DNA from: Eledone cirrhosa
Lineage: Eukaryota
Reading direction: 5' to 3'
Length of the DNA stretch: 64,000 nucleotides
NCBI GenBank assembly: GCA_964016885.1
Contig: OZ024745.1
Coordinates: 56,048,001 to 56,112,000, forward strand
In this document: piece by piece, positions 1 to 13,939 of the stretch
How the letters are laid out: every line of letters begins with the position of its first letter
Position numbering within the stretch: position 1 is the stretch's first letter
Position numbers and translations under genes: made by a program
Notes under the pieces: model-generated
Databases searched by the model: none
What the model was told of the DNA's origin: nothing
The model's input: the letters and a program-made list of their open reading frames with translations, nothing else

Positions 1-255
1 CAAATAGCCAACCGACTCTTTTCAAACTTTACACATGTAATAGTTATGTTTCAGGGAGTCTTCTGAACAAAAAGAATTTCATATTTTCTATGGCCTAGGG
101 ACCGCATTAGGCGATTTAGCGATCTCTCTCTATAATTCTTAGTCTTTCTCTTTTTAGATACATACATACAACGCGCGCCCTTATAATATCTGTCTGTATG
201 TCTGGCTGTTTGCATTACGTCACTTCCCTGAGGACGTGTGTGTGGGGGGGGGGGA

Positions 256-296
<41 letters not shown>

Positions 297-904
297 GTGT
301 GTGTGAGTTTGAATCCCTAAAACTCGAGAAGTACACAACCGATCTTTTTCAAACTTTACATGTGTATTACGTATGTTTCAGGAAGTGTTACGCACATAAA
401 CATATTCAACTTTTTGACCTCGTAGGGATGGCATTAGGTGAAAAACTGCGTTTTTTAAGCTTTTTAGGGCTTTTTTGAGGCGTTACGTCATACCGATTTC
501 CTTGAAATTGTAACTATGTATTATTCAGTCTATTTTTCTTACCGTGAACAAAGAAAATTAAACTTTTTTTATGGCCTAGGGCCGGCATTAGGTGAAAAAC
601 CTCACTTTTTCAGCTTCTTAGGGCTTTTTCGAGGCGTTACGTCTAGCCGATTTTCCCGAAATTTCAAGGCATATTATGCACATAAAATAAACTAATTTTC
701 TTGATTCCCTAGGGCCCGCATTAGGTGAAAGCCTGCATTTTTCCTGCTTCATCGAGGAAAATCTTAAAGATTATCCAGCCATCAGTGTATTCGGTTTCTT
801 TTCTTTACATATTGTCCTGGCATGCAGTTATTCCATGATTAGGTCTGTTGGCGGCGCGCGTTCCAAAATAGCTTAACCCGTGCAACGCCGGGTACCACTG
901 CTAT
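1..904 (+). mobile_element. 3' part of a non-autonomous Helitron-like element with internal subrepeats
   Basis: Four diverged subrepeats centred on TAGGG(A/C)YSGCATTAGGYGA (~96, 423, 577, 710). Ends in the GC-rich hairpin CCCGTGCAACGCCGGG (877-892) followed ~10 nt later by CTAT, a degenerate form of the CTRR Helitron 3' terminus. Confidence 0.6.
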
Positions 905-1764
905 TAGGTTATAAACGGAATAATATATTGATACACTCGTGACCTTAACTTAGGAGTATGTCTTTTTCCGAAAGAGAAACTACTAGAGGAACAGAGCTAT
1001 TACTATAATATTTTAATAAACAAAATCAAATCGTAAGTGCAAACTTGTTTGTTACAAAATCAAATACATATAGAAATAGATTTAATATATTTAAATCTAA
1101 AATATCTAATAAAGTCTAAAATCACAGACATATCATTTTCTCATCAGCTAACTATTAGCTATCACCAGGAGTACTGTGATTTTACAAATAGTATCTTTCC
1201 TTGTAGTACATAAGATAAAGCACGGTAAAATACGACGTTTTTCGACAAAAATCATATATTAAAAGTAAAAGCGTGCTTCTAACTAAAACTGAAGAGCATT
1301 GAGGCGAGAAACAGTGTGCAAGAAATTGATAAGAAGAAATACAAAAATAAATCATGAACAATTAAATAAATGCATTTTGAGTTTAGTCATAACACAAACA
1401 AGAAGTCGCTATCCATATGGCAAATTACCGAATGAAAATGATGTTGAAGCGACATCTGGCGTATGGAGAGGGATAGAGAGAAAGATACAGACGAAAAGAG
1501 AGCGATATTTAGATACAGAAAGAAACAGAGAGGGAAAGTGAAAGTGAGGCATAGTCTATGTCTAGATAGTCGACGGCCTGTGTTTGCAAGGTCAAGAAAC
1601 AATCAAATTAAAAATGTGAGCACAGGTCCCATAGACAGATAACTTATAAATATAGACAGATAACGTATAAATATAGATATATAACTTTCTCATCAGCTAA
1701 CTAGTGGAGAACAATACTATTTCAGTAAAAACCTAAATTCAATATCAAACCTTCCATGTTGTTT

Positions 1765-1829
<65 letters not shown>

Positions 1830-1880
1830 GGTGTGTGTGTATGGGTGTGTGTATGGGTGTGTGTGTGGGGTGAGGGGTGG

Positions 1881-1954
<74 letters not shown>

Positions 1955-3179
1955 GCGTGCGTGTGTGCGCACAGACATGCCCCAACAAACAGATATATAT
2001 ATGCACACGTATGAATATATATGTGTGTGGGAATGTATAAGTATATAAGTAAATATATATGGCCGCTTGCGTTAATACGAATCTTTTTTACCCTATCATT
2101 TCAGACTTATAGTTGTAATTCCGTATACGGAATATCTGTGAGAAAATGACGGCTGAGCTGAGCTTGTAATTTGACTTTACTTTCTTGACATTAATTACAT
2201 TAATAGGGTACGTGATTGAGGAATCAGCATCCATTTTACACGTTAACTCAATAAGTAGGATGTTCAATTAATTGGAATTTTATACATTCACAACAGATTC
2301 CATCATATATATGTGTGTGTTTTTGTGTGTCTTTGTATATATGTATGCATGGATGCATGTATGTACGTTATCTCACTATGTTCGTGACCTGAATTATTCC
2401 GTTAGATTTTGTAGTTGATTCCCACCATCAACATTTATGTTGGTATATTTTCGTTTCAGCATAATTTGAGATTATCAGTACTCTCTCTTTATTCACCAAA
2501 TCAAATTTTGTGTAGTTTTGTTTCTGGTTTATTCTTCACGCTTCCAAATCCCTGTTACTTGTGACCTGTTTCTAACGTCTTCTTTGTAAACGTATCGTTG
2601 AATATCGAAGATAAACCCACTACTTCATCTTTAAAACGTGAAGGACACTGAATTGTTGGCCATTGTGGAGAAATTGGTATTTCAAAATCTCTATTGTTCC
2701 GCAGAGATTCATTCGAAATGCCGTCATTTTGACGTCAACAAATAAACAACATGAATAATGGTGAAGAGAGATGTCATCAATTTCTCAAGTCCTTTTCTCT
2801 CGCAATAGAAGCATTTTTCCACGACCGACAATAGCTGTCACTAATTCCAGTACAGCCACTCCAATAACAATAGAAAATACTAAAACTAACACAAAATAAA
2901 AAATAAAATGAAAGTGAAAACATTTCTTTTACGAAAACGAAAATACACATTTGATAAATAGCAATGGAAAGATGTCACTGTCCCCAACACGACCACCATC
3001 ATTTCTCCAGCAACCAAAAATATCACTAAAAAAATGTATCTTAACACTTATGATTATAGCGAAGATGCTATCATATGAGGTAGGTCAACGAAAGCGTGGC
3101 TGTGATGGCGCAAACGTACACTATCACTAGGAGCTATATTTATGACATTCTACACCTTCTGTTATACACCATATAAACG

Positions 3180-3760
3180 ATAGGGATTTAAACTGGCCTC
3201 GGCGTACCTCTGAACAACCTGGAACAATGGAAACTATTCGATAGCAAAACAATGGAAAACGTTCGGTCCCGGCTTCAGAAACCTATACACCAGTACTTTT
3301 TAAATGCCAGAAACATTAATTTTTGTGCAAATGTCTTTAGGCACCCAAAAGACATTAGGAAGGGCGTTCCCGATGACGTGGAAACCAATCAGGTATAAGA
3401 CATGGCAGGATTTTTTCATGCTTCTGAATTGGACATTGTAGATTGTGAGGGACGTGTTGTCTACACCCCCTGTAATGTTTTCAAATATTTGGCGAACGTA
3501 GCGAGGATGACGCCTCTAAGCAGCGAAATGTAGCTGGGAGAGAGGCACCTTCAAATGGTGCTCTGTGAGATTAGGCTGGTTTAGGATCTAGGTAGTTCTT
3601 ACATTCCATATGGTTGGTAATGCCTCTATTGTGGAATCTTGTTGTTATTAATTTGTTGTTACCTGTTAACTATTTTAAGAGGTTTTATGTAAAAATCCCC
3701 CGTCCATTTTTTTTGTATTGTCCTTTATGTTTCCGCCTTAGTGGCCAATAAAAAAGCAAT
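3180..3760 (+). mobile_element. 5'-truncated non-LTR retrotransposon 3' end (L1/Tx1-like), decayed
   Basis: Degenerate C-terminal coding remnant (..KYLANVARM..) then a T-rich UTR ending TAGTGGCCAATAAAAAAG. The same type of tail (TAGTGGACAATAAAGAAAA) occurs at ~21050-21070. Confidence 0.45.
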
Positions 3761-4707
3761 TAGTTTAACTCATTCAACTTATTTTATGTTACCCGAGTCA
3801 GTCACTATTTATGGGAATTCTATAATAATGTTAATATTAGAATGACAACACATGCTAACAATGATTACTATACCGGCGCCAATGATGTAGCTATAACATT
3901 ATCAATGATTCTCTGGTTGCATCTTCAGAAACCAAATAAGGGTTATCATTGCTAATATCAAGTTTTTTTCCAAATTTTCCGATTTTATTTGCGGGTTTTT
4001 CAAACTTTATCATACACACCCTCCCTATATTTTACCTTTCATATTTTTTAATAAAATTTTATAGAATTTTTTTTCGAATTTATATTTTATATTTCTAAAG
4101 ATCATCCACCATGATTATGTAATTTTATAACCGTTTTTTCTCTCGGGTGAATTTATGTAACTGATAAAATTGTAATGATGATGCATGTCAAAAATTATTG
4201 CAGCGATTAAAAAAGAAAACAACCAATACAGAAATCAATCAATGAAACATGCAAAATTTTGAAATGAAATTAGTGCTATCTTTATTTCGCGCTACAATAA
4301 ACATGATGGGTAACTTAGAGGAAATCTCTTAAAATGTGTAATTTATGTATTTTGAAGTTTCATAAGGAATTAGAAAACCACAGGTCAATGTACATAAAAT
4401 TCAATAAATATTACTCAATTTAGTTTAGCAATAGAATAATGATTTTGATGTTCCATATGTTCATATGTAAAGGCAAATATGATAGTAAAAGAATTCAATT
4501 TTATAACATTTAAGATTTATGTATTTTCTTAGATAAAATTCAAATATTAGATATTAACTTGTTTAATATATAAGTTATGAATGACATATACTGCCAGACA
4601 AAATACATTCATATGCAAACCTTAAATTATATAAACATATTTAGATCGGTACAGCTAAGCAGATATGCTAACATATCTGAAGATATTTAAACATATTTTA
4701 TAATAGA

Positions 4708-4780
<73 letters not shown>

Positions 4781-5129
4781 CATTCATATTGCTTGGTTTA
4801 ACTAATGCGTAGATCTGGTCCTTCCGATTAGCATATCATAACGCAATAACAAAAGGACTCCACGTTATGCAATCATCCACCGTAGATATAATAGTTCATG
4901 GCTGGTGGAGTGACGGAGTGAATTACATCAATGGAAAGGCCGTATCCCAAATATTCCTTTACTGTTGCATAATTCACAATACGTATTTAACGTATAATGA
5001 TATACGACTGCATCAGATGTAAATTGCAAATATTATGTAATTGGCGTTTTCATATGGTTATTTCTTTGGATGTGCCTTAATCACAGCTTAAAATATCCAT
5101 AACGAGACTTATGTTATTCCATTATACAT

Positions 5130-5612
5130 ACTTTGGGTTTATAGATGATGCATCATCTCATTGGTGTCCTTAGCGTAAATAAACATTATGAAGAAGGTCT
5201 GCATCAAAATGTCTCTGATAAAGTAAGAGTGAAAGAACATAACTTGCAAGATATTGCCTATGAAGAAAATAATTCTTTAATGATAACCTGGAATTTCCAA
5301 ATCCTCGTGTTGAGCATGAAAAATTGAAGAAGTAAGGGAGGCCATGTTAGTAACTTACCTGGATTTTTAGATGTTCAAAGAGAATTCGTGTACAATGAGT
5401 TTGCTTTAGTAAAATTTAGCTGTTATCAGAGAAGCCATGTACAAAATATTTTGATCGATTATGGTAGTTTTGTCATTTTTATTTTTGTCAGGAGAGTGAA
5501 AATCAATGTGTCTCGATGGGAGGACTCTGATGTCATTTGGGGGTTTACCAAAACGAAAGGCGGAACCCAAGTGGGAGAAACTTTCATGAATGCAGCATAC
5601 GACTAAAGAATG
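5130..5612 (+). pseudogene. Decayed Helitron Rep/helicase (RepHel) coding fragment
   Basis: Frameshifted pieces LGL..DDASSHW..EEGLHQNVSDKVR..FPNP..EAM..VYNEFAL..ESENQCVSMGG..TLMSFGGLPK..AYD resemble, from memory, the RepHel segment upstream of the PIF1 helicase domain. Confidence 0.4.
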
Positions 5613-5672
5613 TAAGTCCTTGGAAGGCTGAAAAGTCATGTTAGAATACACACAAACACATAAACATACAAA

Positions 5673-5747
<75 letters not shown>

Positions 5748-5921
5748 TTCAAGTGTAACCAATCTTAAAGAGAGAGATGGAGATAGGAAAGGAGGAGAGA
5801 GATTGGTGAATTAGTTAGAAGCCAAAGCGTAAAGGCATGTGCTCAATGTGCAATATGCAGTGGAAGGCAGCTAGGTGGCTGGGTTCATGCAGAGGTTAGG
5901 TGCATAGAGCTGGAAATATTT

Positions 5922-6634
5922 ATTAGTTAAGCAAAACAAGACCACAAATTTCACAAGGAAGACCTGTCAACTTCGAAGGACTAATTCCTTCGCCAACAGA
6001 ATATTTGACCCAACATAGTCATCTAGTCCCATTTTTACTTATAGCTAATAAGTTAAATAGTTATAGCTAACTTAGATAATTATAAGTTACCTCCCTTACA
6101 TTGTCTCTCAATTAAAAAATTAGCACTTCTTAACTATAAACTACCCACAGTTTCTAATTTCTCGAGGAGTTACTTCCCCTGAAACCACCCTCTAATAAGT
6201 AAGGTAAATGTGTTCATTGGCGGCCATCTTGTTACCCATAGGCAAATCTCACACAATGCAGCCTCGACAGAAGAATACTACTCGACTATGGTAGACAATA
6301 GATATACCCAGGACACCATAGTGCTATACAAATATATGGAACATAACATTCATGTAACACTCATTATTTTAATTTATATTCCTTTTGAGGTTCCGATGAG
6401 CTGCTCTAATTGTAACTAAGTTAATTATCTTCAACTGAACCAGATCAATAATGATCTATAATCATTTGATCCAGAAACATTATTTGAAGAAGCGAAACAA
6501 TTGTAAACGGACATTATTAATATTATTATTATTATTATTATTCTTTACATTCCTTACATTAAACTAAAACTATGTTGACAATCTTTTAATAATGTCTTCC
6601 TTGTAAAATTTGTGGTCTTGTTTTGCTTAACTAA

Positions 6635-6637
<3 letters not shown>
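5922..6637 (+). mobile_element. Non-coding PLE-type element with ~42-bp terminal inverted repeat and internal hammerhead, abutting (TA)n
   Basis: 5922-5963 is the reverse complement of 6594-6635. The right end runs directly into a (TA)n tract. Confidence 0.6.
6390..6507 (+). ncRNA. Type I hammerhead ribozyme motif with large stem II insertion (core CCGAUGA)
   Basis: GUU-CCGAUGA-GCU...~85 nt...AGC-GAAAC-AAUU-GUA-AAC: stem I GUU/AAC, stem II GCU/AGC, palindromic stem III, GUA site. Confidence 0.6.
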
Positions 6638-6727
<90 letters not shown>

Positions 6728-6730
<3 letters not shown>

Positions 6731-6846
6731 ATAATAAATTTGAAGACTAAAATCCAAAGAGGGCTCGATAAGGTTATATAAGAAGATCCCGTTAAGGGTG
6801 AAAGCAGCGATTCTTTGCTTAAACTTCTATCTGTTATTTTAATAAA
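6728..6846 (+). mobile_element. Short microsatellite-nested repeat, copy 1 of 3
   Basis: TAATAATAAATTTGAAGACTAAAATCCAAAGAGGGCTCGATAAGG...GGGTGAAAGCAGCGATTCTTTGCTTAAAC...TTTTAATAAA is near-identical to 13762-13874 and 35682-35845(-). Confidence 0.85.
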
Positions 6847-7517
6847 TATATATATATATATATATTTAATACAATAACAGAGAAAGCTTTAAGCTAAACT
6901 CCGACTGGTAACCATCTCACTCAACAAACATTAGGATATACGTTAGTATAATCCCAATTTAGTGTTTGGGGTGCTAACTATATGTATTTTGTGGAAAGCG
7001 AGTTGTATTATTTTACATGAGAATATGAGAATATGAAAATATATCTCTCTTTCCAAACAATTGTTTCATTATAAGTTTTCTACAAGTTGGGAGAATGTTT
7101 CCAGTTTATGTAGAAGCCTAACATAATTTCCTGTAAGAATATATGTAGGTGGGCCTTATAAATCATCAGTGGATTCCCATTAAACTTTGATATAAGAAAA
7201 AATTTCTTACCGCAGTTATTTTTCGTGTCCGCTAAGTTATCCCTTCACGGATCGAATGTCAGCCAAATTTGAAATTCCAGCATATATATATATATATATA
7301 TATATATTTCGTTTCTGAATTTGTTTAGCAAGATTCTTTATCTGAAAACGTGTGTTGAAACCGATATTGTTATACTTTGGGAGGGTCATATTGCCAATAA
7401 GAAACACACGCACCAATTGCTTTCACTTCAATTTATTATAATAAATTTATAAATTTAGGAATTTATAAATTTCCGCGTGGTTGGTTGGTTCCACAACCAG
7501 ATGATTGTTTATATATT

Positions 7518-7560
7518 GTCAAAGTTCTTTCGTCACACATTCTGTGACCTCTTCAGTGAC
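7518..7560 (-). ncRNA. Minimal type I hammerhead ribozyme in pLTR
   Basis: GUCA-CUGAAGA-GGUCACA-GAAUG-UGUGAC-GAAA-GAA-CUU-UGAC: stem I GUCA/UGAC, stem II GUCACA/UGUGAC, rudimentary stem III. Confidence 0.7.
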
Positions 7561-7671
7561 TAAGGATTCTTTTCTTTGTTTTTGTGCCTCGCCTTTGTTC
7601 TGTCCTACGCCATCTTCGGTGGCGTAGGACAGAACAAAGAAGAGGCACAAAAACAAAGAAAAGAATCCTTA

Positions 7672-7714
7672 GTCACTGAAGAGGTCACAGAATGTGTGAC
7701 GAAATAACTTTGAC
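7672..7714 (+). ncRNA. Minimal type I hammerhead ribozyme in pLTR (stem III mutated)
   Basis: Same motif on the other arm, with GAAAUAACUU in place of GAAAGAACUU. Confidence 0.6.
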
Positions 7715-7855
7715 AATATATAAACAATCATCTGGTTGTGAAACCAGCCAACCGGAAATTATAAATTCCTAAATTTATAAATGTATTATAATAAATTGAA
7801 GTGAAAGCAACTGGTGCGTGTGTTTCTTATTGGCAACATGACCCTCCCAAAGTAT

Positions 7856-7922
<67 letters not shown>

Positions 7923-8180
7923 CAGACAAGGAGAGTGACAGAGAGACAGAGAAAGAGAGAGATGATTGTATTGTATATGTATGGTTAAATATCTCTCCTT
8001 TTATTTTGATATTCATTTCTACCTGTCTGTCTTTTCGACTAGCGATTATGGCGTCTATCTATCCATATCGCTACCATTCTACGTCACATCTTTTCCGTTT
8101 TGACTCATTCTCTCTCTCTCTCACCCTCTCTCTCCCTATCTCTCTCTCTCTATCTCTATCTATCTATCTCTCTGTATATG

Positions 8181-8275
<95 letters not shown>

Positions 8276-8285
8276 ACACATATAC

Positions 8286-8340
<55 letters not shown>

Positions 8341-9048
8341 CATATATATATATACACACACACATATATATATATATATATATCCGGGTGTTTGTATGTG
8401 AATATCTGTGTTGGTGTGTCTCCGTCTGTGTTTGTGTCTGTATATGTGTGTATAGCTGTACATCACTGAAAATTAAATTAGAAACTGAATTAGAGCTGGA
8501 GCGTATATATTTATGAAATAACTTGACAAACCAAATACAGACTTTGACCAATTATATAGTGGAGACAGTAATCATTTCTCTCATGTAGAATTCTGGGCTG
8601 AACAATACTGAGAGTAATGTGAACAAAAATAAAATTGCTACAACGATAATAATTTTCGATATTCACAAGGAAACCAACCTCTATTCAATCTAGTACGACA
8701 AAATAAGTAACGCCTAGGTATATAGTGACAATCGTCTTGACAGTGATGGCTAAATCACTAATGTAAACCCAAACAAGTTGATCGAAATCTTGTCATAAAT
8801 AGCTAAAGCATAGATTATCATAAATTAGATTATTGTGAAATGCAAAATTGAAATTACTAGGTTTTCTGGTAATTGAACTGCATTCATGTTATTTGATATA
8901 TCACATATACATAAATGTATAAACACATAGATATATCACATATCAGTATATGTATAAACACATAGACACATGCTCCTTAACATATAAGCCTACATATATA
9001 CACACAAACGTAGTAGCCTATATATGTTATGAGTGTGTTGCATGTGCG

Positions 9049-9107
<59 letters not shown>

Positions 9108-9877
9108 ACAATCATAAACTATGTACATACTGGGGTGAATCTCTGTGAGCCTGGAAATGCAAGCGGTTTTCCAATGTGATATTCATTAGTGTAAAACTGT
9201 CAGCTCTATTGGAAAATAACTATAGTAAGTAGAGAAAATTACTCTCAAACATTAACCATATGTTTAAAAACGATTTGAAAATGCCTCGATAACAATTACT
9301 TCACTCCAAGGTTTATAGAAAGGCGGCGAGATACATAAAGAGATTATATAGAAAGAGTTTTCAGAAAATCTACCTAGATTGGAAAGAACAATTTAAGCGA
9401 GTAAATAATACTTGTGTCAGTGTAAGAGAAATAAGATAAATATAAATATTCTTAGATCCTTATATAGATAAAGTGTTAGTGCTCTAGAGGTAAATTGACG
9501 GATATTATCAAACACGCGTATTGCTCACAAATGGTTGCGAGAAATTGCATATAAGTAGCAAGACAAAATGATATATGATTCGATATATGTATATATATAA
9601 ATACACTCACACACATACATATCTCTCTCTCTATATATATATATATGTGTGTTTGCGGGGGGGGGGGGTATGTGTGGGTGTGCGTGTTTGTTTGTGTATG
9701 TGTGCCTCTTCGAATGTCTAACAGTGTGTTTATATGTTTGCAGCATGACTGTGTATGTGAATGTGTATATGAATGTATGTGAATGTGTATTATACATGTA
9801 CATAACATACATATAGAAATATCTATATATAAATCTTATATATGCTTACTCATACATATATACAACCATGTCCAAAC

Positions 9878-9944
<67 letters not shown>

Positions 9945-11735
9945 GGCTCAAAAACGGCTCAAAGAGCCAGAATATACGGCTGGCATGTTCGGGTCCCTCA
10001 TTGAGGAGACTTCCCCACATACGCTACCCCTCATATAGCGATATATGCACTCTTCCTAATTATCCCACAGACAACGCAGAAATGCGCATGAGAGCTTATG
10101 TGTCCTATAAGTTTATGTGCAAGTATATAGCTCCTCATGCATCAGAATTACTAAAAGAAGACTACACATAGGCTATTTATTTATTTCATTTCTTTTTGTG
10201 TTTTTGTTATTCGTTTTTTTTTTCTATTTCTAAATTTTACCTACCGCTTTTCTTCTTTAAATACCTTCACGGTAGACTGACTTGTCTGACCGACGTCTAA
10301 TAAATAAATTAATAACATATGATCTTTGTAGCAGATAGGCACAGTGTGTAAGTAATGAATGGCATTTTCTGAACGGGTGTATCACTGTCACCAATTGAGA
10401 ACCTGTACCTCCTCCAACACGCCTATCAACCCACGAAGTTGGCATCAAGTGTAAATTGTGGACCGTCTGCTATCGTTTATAACACCAAATTAGCTGGCTG
10501 CCCCAGAACCGAAATTTCCTATATCTTTTATATTTTATCTCCTATGTTCTTTTCTATGTCTGGGTTCAACGTAATCCTGTAAGATAATTCTTCAAATAAC
10601 ACTTAATGAAATCGTCTAGTCATACATCGTGATCAGATGATAGAGCTTGGCCTTCTAAATATGTATAAAGCTTTCGTAGAATTAAAGTCCTAGAGTACAT
10701 TTTTCAGTGCGGCTTTCTGTTCTTGTTTTAATGAATACTTTACCCCTCCCTGCACCAGCCATTTCATACCACATCTAAGATTGATGATTCACATAAGGTT
10801 GAGTGCTTTAATTAATTTGTTACATCAGTTATTACGAACCCGAAACACCGGTTCTACTCATTGGTAATCAGTCTAACATAAATGATATATATATATATAT
10901 TAAAATTTAAAACACCGAGTTAAAGACTCGCGTCAATCCCCTATAATTTAATGAGCTCAAGTAATAGAATCCGGGCTCTTTATAACACAGTATATAGAGA
11001 AAAATACACAAAGATGTATGTGTTCAATTATAGGGGATAGAATACCACCAGAGTAAACATCATATAGTCTAAACTTTAGACGCTAAAGGAATGGAGAATA
11101 CATATTAATTAAAAGAATAAATTAACATTTACAAACTATCCTTTTATAATTATAACACCTGGACACGCTCAAATAAGAGAATGTTTCGCCAGAAAAAGTG
11201 AAGATTCCATATCGCAGAATAATATATATATTTATATAAATTGTAATGCCAAAACAAACCTCCACATTTGCAAATTTTCTATTTCTACTATCTATCATTC
11301 TTTCTATTGATGAAGCAATAACGCCATGTATATTAAAATAATTATCATGGTACAGCTTTCTTTTTCCGTGTTGATTTTCTTCGTTAAGCCCAGTTAGATG
11401 CCTCATTTAACGATCCGAGAAAATAATTTATGTACTTTGACTGTCTAATACTTAGATATTTCGCCTCGCGTATATGATAAGGTGTTCAGTTGGCTTTTCT
11501 AACATTTTTTCAGGCAGTATTGTGGTGGGATTAAAAATGAAAATGTTCCTATTAATTCCACACACACAGAGACACACGTACGCACAGGAATGCGCACACA
11601 CACGAGCAAACACACTCAGACACATACACACGTAGCATTGTTTATAACGTTTCGCTCAATTTGATTATAATTGAGCATGCGTTACGGTAGCGTAACCGGA
11701 AACTTCTAGGTGTCAGACAGATATAATTTCTATCA

Positions 11736-11788
<53 letters not shown>

Positions 11789-13073
11789 ACACACACACAC
11801 ACAGACACACAAACACACACATATATATATATATATATGTGGGCGAAGCGGGTTTTCATTGTGTGTGTGTGTGTCTGTCTGTATGTATGTATGTAAGTAT
11901 GTAGATCTGCATGAAACTATGCATATATGTATGTCAGTAGGTATGGAAATATGCAATATTTTATTTAGATGAGCTTTGAATATTGTATCGATCTATTTCT
12001 CTGTCTAATAGAACAGATAGTTAAAGCAAAACAGTTTTTTAAATGAAATACTACTGTTTGATTAATATTTTAATGAAAAACAAATTTACAATGGCACAAC
12101 AAAAAGCGATGAAAGGTAGATAAATATATGAGACATCTATCTACGGTTCAAAGTTTGCGGTATTTGTTTATATGTATTGTTATATTTCCTTTGTGTTTTA
12201 TTTTAAATTGATTTCCTTTTTCTTTACATGAACACAAAAACAAATGTCTGGTTAATGAATTCATCTTTCTATTCATACTAAACATTGCATCTGATTAAAT
12301 GTTCCGTATTATTTGCATCAATGTCTATCCTAGCGTCATTGGAAAGCACATCGAGCAAGTTCAAAAATCCACTACACGATCTCATTATTATACGGTTGCA
12401 GTGCACCAGTCATTCGTCCTTGCTTGAAATTAATCGACATATCGACCGCCAAATGTCTGACACAGCTCTATTTTTGGCACCAGAACTGACAATCAGGTAA
12501 ACAAAGGTAAGCTGCATAGAGAATAAAAATAAGATAAAACAGTTAATGTTAGAAACTTTGCTTATTTGAATAACAATAGTACGTTTGCATTGTTTACAGG
12601 CCTTTTGTATTCATTCACTGACTTTCTGAGTGTTGTATCCCTCCTAGGGCAAAATTATACACATGTACAAGGCAACATTTGTTCAATGAAAAGGTATGAT
12701 TTATACTACAAATCAGAGAAATAGACAATAATTTACAAAGAAAAAATATAGGGTATATAGATATTATACACCAACACAAACACTTAACAACAAACACAAA
12801 CAAACATATATGTTTGAGTTTTTGATAGTGGGAATGCATACAGGACTTATCAATACGTAAATCGATGCAGCTGATATGAATTGTATACAGTTATTTGATT
12901 GATAAAGCGATTTCTACGGTTTAAGATGAATGTTTCTGGTCGAATTTTACTGCTGCACAATTTCAATTTCCTGTTCCACTACAATTTGTTCCACTTAAGT
13001 CAATCTTCCTTACGTGCAGAGTGAAAATGAATATATTTTATATGTATATCACGTCACGTACGCCAAATTTCAG

Positions 13074-13114
<41 letters not shown>

Positions 13115-13135
13115 ATATATATGTATATATATATA

Positions 13136-13211
<76 letters not shown>

Positions 13212-13322
13212 TATACACACATATATATATATATATATATATATGTATGCATGTATGTATATTACATATATATATGTTCATATATACATATATATATGTA
13301 CATAAATACATACATATTAATA

Positions 13323-13412
<90 letters not shown>

Positions 13413-13432
13413 TAAATATATATAGCAGTAAA

Positions 13433-13548
13433 TGCTTACGGCACCTAGGGTTCCCAAGCGGTCACCCATCTAAGTACTAACTAGGCTCGACGTTGCTTAA
13501 CTTCGGTGATCGGACGAGAACCGGTGTTTTCAGCTTGATATGGCCGTA
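13433..13548 (-). rRNA. RNA5S: Solitary 5S rRNA gene copy or pseudogene, lacking about the first 3 nt
   Basis: Reverse complement reads TACGGCCATATCAAGCTGAAAACACCGGTTCTCGTCCGATCACCGAAGTTAAGCAACGTCGAGCCTAGTTAGTACTTAGATGGGTGACCGCTTGGGAACCCTAGGTGCCGTAAGCA, a clear metazoan 5S sequence with the internal control region. Embedded in (TA)n. Confidence 0.95.
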
Positions 13549-13608
13549 TATATATGTACATATATACATATATATATATGTATATATATCTATATCTATA
13601 TATATATG

Positions 13609-13651
<43 letters not shown>

Positions 13652-13719
13652 TTATATATATATATATATATATATATGTGTATGTGTGTGTGTGTGTGTG
13701 TGTACATATATACCAACTC

Positions 13720-13761
<42 letters not shown>

Positions 13762-13762
<1 letters not shown>

Positions 13763-13874
13763 GTAATAATAATAAATTTGAAGACTAAAATCAAAAGAGG
13801 GCTCGATAAGGATATCCCGTTAAGGGTGAAAGCAGCGATTCTTTGCTTAAACTTTAATTTGTTATTTTAATAAA
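13762..13874 (+). mobile_element. Short microsatellite-nested repeat, copy 2 of 3
   Basis: Near-identical to 6728-6846 with a different internal deletion; (TA)n on both sides. Confidence 0.85.
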
Positions 13875-13939
13875 GTATATATATATATATATATATATAC
13901 ACCATACACATACATATATACGTTATTCAGAGTTGAATC

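Larger units (their letters stand above)
7289..7863. mobile_element. Non-autonomous fold-back derivative of the Penelope-like element at 32762-35031 (two inverted pLTR ends, no ORF)
   Basis: Arms 7364-7612 and 7620-7863 are inverted around the loop TCTTCGG and closely match 32762-33068 and 34780-35031. Flanked on both sides by (TA)n. Confidence 0.9.

Noticed and set aside
10780-10860. UUGAUGA...GAAACACCGGUU hammerhead-like spacing
   Set aside because: Core is mutated and stems I and II do not pair convincingly.
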